Source of the DNA: Octopus sinensis
Taxonomy: Eukaryota
NCBI RefSeq assembly: GCF_006345805.1
Contig: NW_021833744.1
Span: 1 to 64,000, forward strand
Direction of reading: 5' to 3'
Length of the DNA stretch: 64,000 bases
Shown: piece by piece, positions 12,901 through 26,426 of the stretch
How positions within the stretch are numbered: the first letter of the stretch is position 1
Layout of the letters: the number at the start of each line of letters is the position of its first letter
Position numbers and translations under genes: made by a program
The notes under the pieces: generated by a model
The model's input: only the letters and a program-made list of their open reading frames with translations
Databases searched by the model: none
Told to the model about the DNA's origin: nothing

Positions 12901-13139
12901 TAATCTAAGTAGTAAACGGACAAGTAAGTAACTAAAAGGGTAGTTGAAACGCCATGCAGCGTTTTGACCTAGATTCGCTGGAAAAGCCAGCTAGTCTCCA
13001 TCCGGTCGTCACCTTTCGTCGAAATTTGTCAACCAATGTCAGAAAGAAGTTGAGTCACGGCCTTGCCGACGATTCCAGAGTTCTATCAGTAGATTATGAT
13101 AATAGTCAGAAAACTTTTAAATTATCATTTCTTAATCAA

Positions 13140-14450
13140 CATAAATTTCGGAATAATAATTTTTCGAACCAATATAATAATTTTTCGAATCAATATAAAA
13201 TTTTAAATTAAAAGAAAAAAAGATCAAAAAGAGTAAATTATCGTTATTCTTGAATCACTTCAGAATTTGAGCATCTATTCAAATACGTTAACATCTTTCT
13301 GTAGAAGGATCCGCAATGTTCACTTGTTATTTCGTTGAGTTTAGATGTAATTAGGCATCTAAGATCTTTTCATTCTTGGCTTTACCACGGACTACCATTT
13401 TTTTCCATACTGAAAAAACATTTTCAATAGGATTTAAAATGGACAGTATGGTGGCAAAAATTTCCTGATTATAGTTGATACTTCAGTATCATTTTCCAGT
13501 CCACGGCAGTGATGAATCCTCGCATTATTTATAATAAAAATAGGATTAGTAATATCTTTCGATAAACATAATGCTTTTATTTCTAGTAAAACGGTTTTGA
13601 AATCTTCTCCGTTAACTGCCTTATCATGAATTTTATGGAATAACATCCCATATTTATTCATTGCAGCTACCACCGATATGTTTCGACTGCGGGATGCCGA
13701 AACTGATAAATATGCAGCGTATTGACCTAGATAAATATGCCGAATGTCCAGCTTTACTTCTTCCTCGAGAAGGTCTTGTAACGACCTTAAAGCCAACTTC
13801 ATCCAAAAATATTAAAGCTTTATCATTATGCAAAGCTTCCAATTTTGTGAAATCTGTTGCATATTGTCTTCTGCTTTCTATAGTTGAAACTGAGTTTCTT
13901 CTAACTCTTTTAAGAGTATAATGAAAAGAATTTAAAGCCTTGGCGACGGTGCTCAGTGATAATTTCAAATTAAATTTGAAAAATATCCATTCGCTCAAAT
14001 CCTTCAAAGATCTGGTGCAATCTTCATCAACATATTCAACTAATTCTTGTTTCATTTCGTCTGTTAGCTTAGACCTTCTATCTCCACCACGTTTAGATGG
14101 AATAACTTCCTCCGTTTTAAAGAACTTTTTCAAAATACTGTTAACGGTTTGATATTTCTTGTCGAACAGTTGAGCAATATCTTTGGTTGAATATCCATCC
14201 AAAGATTTGATTATTATACTTTCTCTCACATCATTAGATATTATTTGTCGGCGAACCAGCGCTGGTTCGATTGAATATTCAGAAGCATTTTGATTATGTG
14301 AATCCATTAACAGTAAATTCAGGTCAATAAAATTTAAATTTTATTTAATTTAAAAATTATTATATTGATTCGAAAAATTATTATATTGATTCGAAAAATT
14401 ATTATATAATTCGAAAAGTTATTATATTGGTTCGAAAAATTATTATAATA
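13140..14450 (-). mobile_element. Tc1/mariner-IS630-like DNA transposon, decayed
   Basis: HTH region (KRGGDRRSKL), IFLDEVGF, FIINNARIHH and FLPPYCPF*NPIENVFSVWK. About 21-bp subterminal repeats ttcgaaaaattattatattga at 14350-14450, inverted at 13150-13200. Confidence 0.8.
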
Positions 14451-15796
14451 GGGTTTTCCGAAAGCGCAAGCATTAGTGCTGACACATCAAGCATTAGTGT
14501 TAATTTTCGCATATAAGCAAGAATTTTGCGCTTTCGACGCTAAACCGAAAAATCATATATTACCACTGAAATGAAGTAAAAACAAATTTGTCCAGAAATC
14601 AAGTCTTCTAGTCTTCCGTCAAGTTGTATTGGGTAAGTATTTCAATGCGAAACGTCTTGTCTTTGATCAAATAGTCACTCTTCTTTGTACCGAACCAGCT
14701 TTCGTAGCCATATGTGAGGACTCGCTGTACATTATAAAATATTAAATGCCCCATAACGGGGTTTATCTTTTAAAAATAAACAAAAACTTTCTGATATAAC
14801 TTTGAAGTCCCCCAAACCCGAAAATATCCCAATAAGGATTTTCATTGTATAATGATTCATATTTAAACCTGATAATGTGGAATTCGTCCAGAAAAGCCGA
14901 AACAAACAGCCGGATTGTTACTTTCTAATGAATCAGTTTAACTTGGCGTTTGTTTGAAATTTGGAATAAAGAGCATCTTTGTCGTTATAAAAAACATACA
15001 GTGTCTCATGTCGCCTTAGTACATGCAGAATCCTTTGAAACCCCTCTTTAAAAATGTCGTCAAAAAGGCACTCTGCTGTGGTGGTTTCCTTTTGATCTTA
15101 AAACCACTGACTCAGCAGAAAACCCTCACACAGGATGACTACACTCCTTTTCCATGGGTAAGTTTTTCTTTGGGAGTCTAAATCCCTCGCAATCTCCGTA
15201 AAATGCCTTTTGCCGAACAAACATATTCTCTGCCCGAAATTAGAATTAGTTTCACTTGCATTCTTAAAGAATGATTTAAAAACGCACTCTGAAGAAGAAA
15301 GAGACGGTATGGCTGTTCTAGAGGATCTCCCTGGTAAGGAACCGCATGGCTAATCGCGGCATGACCGATTCTCTAATCCTGCAATGATTTGATAAAAGTT
15401 ACATTAGTTTTTTTGATTATTATAATTCTTTAATAAAATAAGAATGAAATTTTATCAATAAATCGATACCCGTTTTTTCTTTTTTAATTCAGGCTTTTTT
15501 GGTAAAAAAAGAATACACAAAAAGAGAAAAATAGATTTAGCGAGAAATATTTTAGTCAAACAATTCAGCAGTTTTCTTTAATTTTCTTTCTTTTGGTTTT
15601 CGAACTTTACGTGGCCAATCCCAGGCACAAAGTTGGAACTATAAGATTTGTAAACATCTGAACAGGTGAAAATACAAATTGCTCCTCCAGGCTGAAAAGG
15701 ATAGAAATTGTAAATTAGGATTATTAAATTGATTTTAATTGAATTAAAACACTGGTCGGCAACCTTTTTGTGGCAAATAGTCACTTTTTACTTATA

Positions 15797-16834
15797 CAGT
15801 AAAACCTCTCGAATCCGCCGTCTCTCGAATCCGCCACCTCCCGAATCCGCCGCATTTTTAGAAATATATATTTTTTATTTTCTTAATTATTATTATTTTT
15901 TTTAATTCAAAAACACTTTTACACGAGACATTATCATTTAATTGCGTGGTTGCTCCTGTTAATCGTAATGAAACGTAATTGTACCAGATTGAAAAATCCC
16001 GAAAAACAACAAATTATTAAATTTATCGATCAAAATCCAGGGATTTCGCTTACAAGAGTGTCCGCTATCTTTTCCGAAAGATTCAGACGCGTTATTTCAA
16101 GACGATCCTTAAACGACCTTAGGAGCAGAAGGAATGTATCTGTCTTGCTTTTTTCAGAATTATCTCGGAATCCATATTTAAAGTTCAATGAAATTGATGA
16201 AGATACTATGTCATGGATTGAAATTGAAGAAACTTTATGGAGAATCTTCGACAGAGAATTTCTCAAATTCTGAAGTTAATGATTTTCTCATTAATATAAG
16301 AGCAAAAATTAAATTATATGGTCGCGAAAATGTCTATAATGCAGATGAGACAGGATTATTTTATAAAGCTCTTCCATGTAAAAGTATTTGCAAGATCAAG
16401 AGATATGGGCATAAATTATTGAAGGATCGAATATCGATAATGTTCTGATCAAATATGACTGGTACCGATAAACTAACACCATTCATAATTGGAAAATTCA
16501 TAAAAAAGAATGAACAAGTCGTTTTAGACCACGATGCTTTGAATGCTCTCCATACATTGAGGAAGTACTTCAAACAAAAGGATGAAACTAATTTAAATGT
16601 CTTCAATCACCTTGATGATGTTAGTAGAAACATCAAAATAAATATTAAAACTAAAATAACTGACTATATTTAAAGAAATTAATGTCTTCATTTTGTAATT
16701 AGTCTATAAAATTAAAAAAAATGCATTTTATTAACAAATAAAAATATTCAAATTTGTCTTTCGAATCCGCCAAACTCTCGAATCCGCCGTAATTTCCCAG
16801 GTCCCAAATTTGGCGGATTCGAGAGGTTTTACTG
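15797..16834 (+). mobile_element. pogo/Tigger-like element, internally deleted
   Basis: Perfect 23-bp TIR cagtaaaacctctcgaatccgcc, TA TSD, CENP-B-like N-terminus and the VYNADETGLFYK motif. Confidence 0.9.
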
Positions 16835-17949
16835 TATGTACTTAAACAGCAATTAAGCATAATTAAGAGCCACCATATAAAAATTTTTTTGTAAAGAAAA
16901 CATGAAGGAAAATTTAAACATAGAAAGTATAAAATAATTAATGCGACGATTGTCCCTGTATCAACGAAAATAATAGCCACAAATGAAAGGAAATCGCCAT
17001 TTCTATAGCTGATTCGTACCTTTTGTTAAATATTTTGCTGAAAAGCCTGATGACCTACTGGGTTGAAACCAATAATAGCAATAACTACGGAATGTACATG
17101 CAGGGAATATATTTGTCGAATTATTTTAGGAATGAACGACCAAACATACTTTTTCGAACAATTTCCAAATGAGACATGGAGAAGCTGTTTCGGCACGATG
17201 CATTGATTGAATGTGACCAATCTGGGCCTATCGATTTCCACTTGTGTTTTAATTTTCGGAAATAAATTCCCACCTGTGGTGTTCGTCGGACACAAAATCT
17301 GCGGTCGTAGAGTACAATTGATAAATAGATATTGTGAACATATTAGCCGGAGGAGTGTTTGTCCGAAATGGAGTAGTAGAGTAGAACCAACATACCTATA
17401 GTATCTGTACAATCCGGGAAGGGCTTTCATACCACATTGGATTGTCCTTTCTGCACATTTTGTACTCGCAATAGTCATGTTCCACTATACTTGCAAAAGA
17501 CCTTACAAAGGATAAAATTAAAAACCCCTAATCACCGTTTTCACTGAAATTGTATTCATTTCCAACATGTAAAGCCACAATTCAAAAAAATAAACAAAAT
17601 CGGTAGGATAGTCTCACACTATAGACACAAAATGACTATCTCTGAACCGACAAGTAATACTTCCTAATAAGTAACAACAAAACAGCCAAAATGATAACGG
17701 AAATTAATTTATGCCGACTAAATCTGCCTGCGAAGACTACTGCGGTTATAAGCAACAAAATATTACTCTGCACGACCATAACTTGTATTCCTCCCCATCA
17801 CTGCAATTAAACAACAACCACCAACCGACTTGGCAAATCACGGACTTTCCTCTCACTTCGGTCATACCATCTACAATAGAGAACTTGAATAACCTGAAAT
17901 CAGAACGGAACTGCCTCCCTGCTGATCTAAGACACACCAATTCATTATT

Positions 17950-18090
17950 TAGAAAGGAAAAGCTAATATGACACAGCAGGCAACAAAACTACGACCTCCG
18001 TCCCCACAGTCGCAAGCAAAGTGTCCCGGATTGCCACAATTATAACACCGCATGTCCAATCCGGGCTTCCCCCTCTCATTAGTCCGCGGT
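17950..18090 (-). mobile_element. Gag-like CCHC zinc-knuckle fragment
   Basis: CYNCGNPGHFACDC (CX2CX4HX4C). Confidence 0.55.
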
Positions 18091-18099
18091 TTTGCGACA

Positions 18100-19735
18100 G
18101 TCACTCGAATTCGACTCGACTTGATGACTCTGAACATAAGTATGGGATATCTCATTTAACAGTGTTAATAACTCTTGAATATAGTTAGTTATTTTTAATT
18201 TTACACAAGAATTAAGTCTTTTGTTGGTTAGGTGACTTTTCAATTTTGATTTTATTGAATTCATTTTTGAGAATGACTTTTCACAAATATATGTTGATCC
18301 AAATATTGTTATAATTCCAAATGCGAATTTTTTAATAAATAAAATGACTTAGGAAGGCTATTCCATACATCAAATATTAACAAATCTTGTCTTTCTATTT
18401 CGTGTTTTGCACGATTATTTTTATTTAATTCTTACTTCAATTATTGAGGAATATTTTTCCTTTTCATGGAATCTGCTGCAATTTTTTTATTTAATTCTGA
18501 CCTGTTCTGAAATAATTTGCTAATTGATAAAAGAGTTTCTTTAATATAGAAAAACTCAATCGTTATAATCTCCATCGCATATTTAAGTAATTTGAGGAAA
18601 TGCGATAAAATCCCATTATCTGCATCATCTACAAACAATCATAGTTTTTTCTCAAATAAGACAATTTCCTCTAACATAAATAATGCGATATTTCCAGCTC
18701 CTTATAGTTTTAAATTTAAATGATTGAGTTTTTAGCATAGATTGGTCATAGAATATAGCTTATGTAACGATAATTTGACCGTCAATTCTAAATATTCAAC
18801 TCGTTGCTACCAAGAAAATATCTTCAATAAGGGAATTAATTAAGAATATCCCACCTATAAAGCCATCTTACTTTATTGTATTGAAGAAGATCAATATATT
18901 CTGAATCAGTTTTAATTAACAAATTTTTAAAGAGTATATCCTTTTTATTTTGTTAATAACAGCTTCTGCTCTGCTATGTTTTCACCACGGATGTGAAGTA
19001 AGAATGCCAGAAATTCTTCTTTGAAAAACCCAGACAGTGAAATATTATTAAAACAATTGACGATGTCTTTTTTGTTTCCAAATTCTTGGAATATTTCGTC
19101 AGCTGCTTTAATAATACACGTTTTTATGTACTCTCCGTCACTAAAAGGTTTCCCCCTTTTAGCAATCTCTTGACTGATAATAAAACTGGCAATAGTAGAA
19201 GTCTGATAACTGTCTTAAATTTTTAAACGTTGACGTTAAACATCCAACATTTCTTTTAAGCTCCACAACAGCCTTTTTTCGAATATCACAAAAGGATAAT
19301 TTTTTGAAAATGCACCATGTTTAGAATTAAAATGTTTTTCAAAGTCGGATGTTGTCTTGTTCTTTAAAGTCGGTGACACGTAGGTAAGTTTTTAAAATTT
19401 ATGCCAAATGCAAAATCTTTAGTCCAATTGGATTGAAAAAACGAGTCTTTTGCTTCATTTTTTATTATTAGAAATCAAACAAATATCAATTGTGATATCA
19501 ATTGTAAAAATTTATAAGATTTAATTTTAAAATGATTAATAAGTTTTGAAGAGCCACCTAAATATAAGGTAAAAAGAGATCCGTTTTTAAATGAACAAAG
19601 TATACGCCAGTTTCTATATATATATATTCAAATATTTTCGAAAGAACCAATTATATCTCAGTCTCTAAATATATTCAGAAAATTTCGAAAGAGCCACTTC
19701 CTGAGCTCAACCGGTGACTCTGACCCGACTCCTGA
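18100..19735 (-). mobile_element. Decayed hAT (SPIN/GTF2IRD2-like) transposon
   Basis: Remnants KGKPFSDGEYIK, FGSTYICEKSFSKMNSIKSKLKSHLT and gagccac subterminal motifs. A related copy lies at 63025-63530. Confidence 0.7.
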
Positions 19736-19841
19736 ATTAACAAAATGAGTGTTGTAAAATAATTTATTTCTGACAATATTAACCTATTTAAAATTGCATT
19801 TTTCAAAAGCAGTTAGTGAATAAAGAAATATATTATAAATA

Positions 19842-22800
19842 CTACATTGTCAGTTTAGAGTACGACGGGGGCGAAAATTTAATGCGGATTATTTTAATGA
19901 TGATTAATGGAATACAGGCCACCACAGTGAGCAAACCCACCTTCCAAAAAAAGTTTGGTCCCCCCATAAATTGCAAATCTAAATATAAACCACTGACACC
20001 ACAACCAAACACATCGGGAATCACATAAATCGAAGCAATATACGACAACATGCTCACAGTGCAGGGTATCAACATCCACCAAATCACACGATATGCAATC
20101 AGAGGGATCATAATCAACTCAGTCAGCAAGAGAGAAGTAAAAGTAATCCCCACAATGTGCGAAAACTCCCCAGAAAAGAGAGAAAATGATATAATCATGA
20201 TTGTACTCCCCTGGTAGACTCCAATCAAGACCCACCAAAACAAAGACTTTAGATTGAGCAGACGACCCTTCTGCATTTGTCTGTACAACTCGGGGTACTG
20301 CAGTGCCACCTCGGGACTCACATCCCTGTCAAACAACAATGATAAAATCGGCAGCTGTGCCAAAAATATAGAAAAACTAAAACTTAACCACAAAAAATAC
20401 AGAACAACCAAAATTCCGGGAAACAACGAGAAAGATATAAAATAAAGAACAGACGAAAAGATTGCTTGGAGAGTTGTCAATATTATCGACCGATGGATCA
20501 CAAATTGGGTAATAAGTGAACTTCTCAGGTAGCTATAACGTCCATGTACTAACAGAAGACGGCCAATATATTTGAATTGCGTCAACGAATAGTCCGCAGC
20601 CAACGCCGCCTGTTTTCCTTCCATTCCAAATATTCCAATACCCACATCCGCCTCCTGAATCATACTCACGTCATTCCCACCATCTCCTACCACAGTCAAC
20701 ATTCCTTCCAACCAATAGCACATATCTGCTTTTGAGAGTTGTGTTTTAACACTCGAGCTATCGTTGCTTTCTGGGCAGGCGAACAACGATACACCACCAC
20801 ACACGGCACAAGGCAAGCCAACTCAAAAAACTCTTTACTGTACTCCGGAGTGGACAACGAAGTGAATTTCTAAAAATACAAATAAAAACAACAACATCCA
20901 AACAATCACCGGAAATGACCAAAACCGAGTTTGTCCTCCGTCTGAACTCATTAAGAGACGGTCGGATGTCCTGATAGCTGAATATATCAGGGAATGTGTA
21001 GATTTGCTGGGACTTGGAAATAAGTCGGGAACTTTTGCCCACGGAAACTGCAGTCTCCTCCTTGTCTCCAGTCAACATCCAAATCTACGTTGACTAAATG
21101 TGCCACAAACTCGAATTCCTGCGTTTGTGAGTAGTTCTAAAGTGGATGGAGCCCCTTCTTGTAACTGATCCTCCACTCCTGTGAGACAAACCATGTCCAT
21201 ATTCCATTCCAATGTCTCCACCACTTCCGCACACTTCAATTCTCTGTTCACCATCGAGAAACGAGCAATGTCATGTCGAGACTTGATTATAGCCAGAAAA
21301 TACTTTAAATTCATAATATTGCTCTCTTGTCAGTTCCTTCTGTCCATATACCAATGTCCGCAGTCCTTCTCGAGCAAAATCAGAGATCTGAGAATATTTG
21401 GAGGACTCACCTGCTCTCTAATAGAGTCAGAAGAATTGACAATCCTGTTCATCACCGAATCCGCTCCTTTAAGTAGGAATAAAATACGTTTTGTCTTTCT
21501 ATTCTAAAAAATGATTTTTTATTACAAAACCTCCACAATTATTCCCATCCTCTTTCTGTATGAAGTGAAAGGAAATAACTCGATCAAGTCAAATTCGAGC
21601 TCCGAATCTGTTGGGGTTCTCAGTCTTAGGAGAGTTGGGGTTCTTTCGATTATAAAAAATCCGTGATTCTCTGCCCAGGACACCAAAGCCATCTCGTCGG
21701 GAGAAGCCGCGTTATATTTCCGTGAGTCATTATCAACCGGGGTAACATCATGGCATAATGATATAGCCATCATTGCCTCCATCAAACTCCCAACTCCACC
21801 ATTCTCTCTTATCAAAACAGGTATCTAAACATTCTAGAACATTCGAGAACATTCTGGGCACTCTCCGTCGTAAAGAAGTCAGTCTCCGTGGCGATTTTCC
21901 GCACAACCATAACATTTTGAGTAAGAGTCCCAGTTTTGTCACTCAAAAGAAAATCCACTCGACCCAACTGCTCAGGAATGGTGGTTGACCTGGCCACAGT
22001 CCCGGGAATATCCTTATCCAGCTGAATCATAAACGAATAAAGTATTTTAATCACATCCAGATTAACCCTCAGGCTTAGTGGAATTATTGACGAAAATAAC
22101 ATCAAAAATCTAAACCAATCCACCAACCAGCCAGAATACTTCTAAATAAAACGAAGACATCACCTGTTTAGTCAAATAAGTCTTCAAAATCATCACAGTA
22201 ACGGCTAAAGTCACCATCACGACAAAAAGGGCTTTAATCATTCTGTTTACCTCCAAATCGACCATCCCGATCTACAAATATGCCCTCAAATCTCACTTTG
22301 CTGGTTGGTTTAGATATATTAAGAGCAGCTCTGGTCTCCCTGCCTGTGTAGATGACAACACACGTGGCAGACTCGGATACCACCACTGTGTTGGCCCATA
22401 ATGTGTTTTCCAAGTTTATTGGCACACTCAGACCACCTCCAGACTAAAAAATATACAAAAAACAGTCAAAACTTGAGAAATTGTCCCATAAAATCGGCCA
22501 ATGTCCTTCACAGGCTCAGGAATCATCAATTCAAGGGAAATCAGCCCAATTGACTCATCCGAACTGAGTTTTTGAGTCATATCCACAGCCACACGGACTT
22601 TCCAGTCTGTTTCTCCATCCAACTGATCTGTCCTTATACAAATCCTTCCAGAACATTCCACAGTCCTTAAAAGAACAACATCCGCCGGCACCCTTTGATC
22701 CTAAAAATTATTTCAAGTCAAAAAAACGCGGGAAAGTCGAATAATGTTTCCAACAATTAATTCTGAGCTGGAAACTTGAGAGAATTGGCCAAGACTGTTG

Positions 22801-23342
22801 AGGACTCGATATTGCTGAGAATTGGCTTCCCGATCTCTCAAATGCCTTCTGAAATCGTCGATTCCTTCTTTCACCAAATTGACCGAAATTACAAACATCA
22901 AAAAATCAATAATGGCGGGAAATACCAGTGGGGTCCAAAAGGTGTAAAGACTGTTTATTCTAAGAGGTGGATACAGCTGGATAAAGGCCACAGCGAGGAA
23001 GAAAAAGTTCATAAACAGACTGAATTGATTATATAAAACCTATCAGATTTGAATTGGCAATTACTTTAGGAATGAAGCTCCAAAATGTGTATTTTTGATT
23101 TCTTGTTATGTTGGGAGGATATTTTACATTGAGGGGGGTTTGGAGGTTTAGGTGGATTGTCCGTGACTCAGAATTGGCTGGGATTTTACCACGTTTTAAT
23201 ATGTTTTTGCCACTTGGATTTAATAATTGAATTATTACTTGTGGACTATTCTTTTATATAGAAATTTTGGAGAGTATTTAGTAATTGGTTTACCATCAAG
23301 TGAATCACAGTCACCACTATGCAAAATAGGAATCATTTCCAT
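19842..23342 (-). CDS. ATP9: P4-ATPase phospholipid flippase, ATP9/Neo1 class, about 15 mini-introns (22-29 nt)
   Basis: Spliced product has [97 protein letters not shown] and the terminal SPPSYSKL. Start inferred at 23342 via a 26-nt first intron. Confidence 0.92.
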
Positions 23343-23393
23343 TCAAAATTAATTATTAATTAATTAATAATTAAATAGTAATTAAATTTAATT

Positions 23394-23753
23394 TTAATAT
23401 AAAGAATCAAATATTTTGGACAATTCTCCACTCTCCTCCATTTCCTTAACCAAGTCAAATCCTCCCACTAACTCCCCCTTAATGTATATTTGAGGGAAGG
23501 TAGGCCAATTGCTATAATCCTTCATGGCCTGTCTCATCTCGCTGTCCTCCAATATGTCAAAATGTCCCATTTCTCTGCAGCCATTTCGTTCTAGAATTTG
23601 CACTGCGGCCTTGCTGAATCCACATTTGGGAAATTCCGGGGACCCTTTCATGAAAATAATCACGGAATGTGCATTGCAGTATTCCTCGCACTTTTTTCTC
23701 ATCTCCTGAGTCAGTTTTCTCGTTGGGATTAAATTGATTATTTTTCGTAGCAT
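23394..23753 (-). CDS. GLRX5: Monothiol glutaredoxin-5 (mitochondrial), intronless
   Basis: FMKGSPEFPKCGFS active site, MKDYSNWPTFPQIYIKGELVGG and a basic N-terminal targeting-like peptide. Confidence 0.95.
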   Translation of the reverse strand: MLRKIINLIPTRKLTQEMRKKCEEYCNAHSVIIFMKGSPEFPKCGFSKAAVQILERNGCREMGHFDILEDSEMRQAMKDYSNWPTFPQIYIKGELVGGFDLVKEMEESGELSKIFDSLY

Positions 23754-23777
23754 TTACCTACTAAAATGATTCTATTG

Positions 23778-24875
23778 CAGCGGTTCTCAACCTTTTTTAG
23801 ACTGGGGACCACTTTTGCACTATAAAATTTTGTGGGGACCACCTTAAATAAAATAAACATTTTTTGGTATTAGCGCACAATTTTTGGCCTCGCCAGGGCC
23901 AGGTTTAGACATGTTCGAATATTTATTATAAAAATAACATGAACATTATGAAAATAACAGAAAATTTAATAGTAATTTAGTGAGATTTCTGATCTTGTTT
24001 GCTCAGAATAATTTTACTTATATCAGGCTCTATGTTCGACAAAGCTACTCGCATATCATCTTGTACCCGTAGTCTATTTCTATATTTTGTTTTTAGAAAA
24101 GTCAGACACGACATCGCCATTTCACAGTGATAAGTGTGGGGAATGCAAGTATTGATTCCAATGCAGTTTTACTCAAAATGGGGAATTCTTTCGCCATCTG
24201 ACACTAACAATAAAAAGTAATTATTAATGAGAATACCAAAAATCTAATAATGAAGTACATTTGAAAATAATCTGAGCAGACTGATTACATTGAAGTTCAA
24301 TCAAGCTCTGCTGAAATTGAGTTCCTGATATTCTTTAAATGAGGTCAAGAAAGGTTGAACGATCCAGTTTGGAATTGGGTCTTCAACAGGAATTTTCTGG
24401 GTGTACAGACTCTTTGTGGCGCCTAAGTTGAGAAGGTTTCAGTGAATTGTTTCCCAAAATTTATGGCAAATCATGCATTTTGCCTTTATTTCATTATTTG
24501 GGGCAATGAATTTAGTGAATCCAAATTGTACGTAAGAATCCGACCAAAGACTACGATTCTTGTTAACCATAACTAGAATGATAAACCACGCTAATCAAAT
24601 CAGATTAATTTCAATGTTTTTGATTTATACTAAATTGTACAATTAGTTTTAAATTAATATATTGTTTTTTTGCGAAAATTCCTGGGGACCACTAAAAATT
24701 TTCTGGGGACCACGATTGAAAACCGCTTGATTAATTTCAATGTTTTTGATTTATACTTAATTGTACAATTAGTTTTAACTTTAATATATTTTTATTTTTC
24801 GAAAATTCCTGGGGACCACTAAAAATTTTCTGGGGACCACTAGTGGTCCCCGGGGACCACGGTTGAGAACCGCTG
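23778..24875 (-). mobile_element. Non-autonomous hAT (Buster/Charlie-like) element
   Basis: 15-bp TIR cagcggttctcaacc and repeated ggggaccac subterminal motifs. Dimerisation-domain remnant KTKYRNRLRVQDDMRVALSNIEP. Imperfect 8-bp TSD (ttctattg / ttctttgt). Confidence 0.85.
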
Positions 24876-25625
24876 TTCTTTGTAGTATTTATATTTTTTG
24901 TTAGATTTAAAAATATTGTTTTATAATATTTAAAAATACAAATTAATTAGCTGAGGTACTCCTAATTATAAATGGAATATTTCCAATTTGATATTTATAT
25001 ATCGATGCACTCCCATCTTTTTATTCGCCTTTTATACTAAAAATTCAAGTCTACTCGAGGAAAATTAAATCTGTAATCAACTTTTGTAAATAATATATTT
25101 GGGGTGTTTTTAACATCTGGCTATTTGATTTATCAATATTATACACCTTCTGTGTTTATTAAATCTGTGGAGTCAATTAGTATTTCTCAGTAATTATTTT
25201 ATAAGTTTCTTTTGATGTAAAAGAATGGAATAACAACTTTGGTAACAAATTTTAGTAGTGGATAGCTTTTCAACGTTTTCCAGGTTATTAATGTGCTTTT
25301 GAAACAGTTTCTCGGTAGTAATAACGATTTTATAAAAAAAATTTCAAATGAAGATCAAATCAAAAGAGCAGCAGCATTTAAATTTTTAGCAACGTGACTT
25401 TAAAAATTTTAAAACTATTTAAAAAACTTCGATTTTTTTCAGTATTTTGAGGTTTTTGGGTGGTCGATTTCTATTTATTATATCTTTGTTAAGGAGATTG
25501 GGTCCCGCATGTCCGCTCTCACAGGCGACGCCCGCGAATCGAGATGGTTTTTCGAACGGATATCCTTCGCGATAGTACGCTCTAATTCTTTCTCGATCGC
25601 GTCGGCTTCCCGTTCATGAAGATTA

Positions 25626-26290
25626 CACTCCTCGACAAAAAAAATGATTCAAAATTCATATTTAGTTTTTCTTTGAAAATCTTATAAATATTATAATTTC
25701 AAAAAATTTAATAGATTAGTTGTAATTATTATTATTTAATTTTAATAAAATATTTGTTAATTACATTAATTTGGAAAAATTAAAAGCATGACACACAATA
25801 TGTTAGTATATGTCAGTGACAAAAAAATGATTCAAAATTAACCCATTCCTAATTAATATCTGGTATGCTCTCCTTTTGCCGTAAAAATTTCCCAGCATCG
25901 TTTTTTTAACTGATAGAATGAGTTTTTCAATAAAATGTTTTGGAATATATTCCCAAATATGGAGAAGTTCATGCTTTAGTTCTTTGACATTTTTTACATC
26001 GACTTTGCGTAATTCAGCCTTCATATGAGCCCATATATGCTCAATTGGGTTCAGATCATGTTTTCTTTTTCGAAATAATCCACAGTTAACTTAGCAGTAT
26101 GACAAGGTGCATTGTCCTGCTGAAAAATGAAATCGCAAAGTCCCATTTTTGCAACAGATCTCTGTAACTTGTTGGCTAAAAGGTTTAAATATTTCGCCGA
26201 ATTTAATGTCCCGTCAACAAAAACTAGTTCTCCAACCCCGTTAAAAGAAAAACATCTCCATACCATGAGTTTCCCTATTTTTTGTTTTGT
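25626..26290 (-). mobile_element. Tc1-like transposon 3' fragment
   Basis: MVWRCFSFNGVG, FQQDNAPCH and DLNPIEHIW. The motif gacaaaaaaatgattcaaaa is repeated at about 25633 and 25818 (IR-DR-like end). Confidence 0.8.
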
Positions 26291-26426
26291 AAAATTTCAG
26301 ACCAAATCAACCTGTTCCAATTGTAGTTTCGGATTAGTTTTTCTTATATGATTTTTCAATTAAAGGGCAGTTTCAAAAAAATAAATAATAATAAGAAAAT
26401 ATTATCGGAAAAATAGAGAAACCAAA

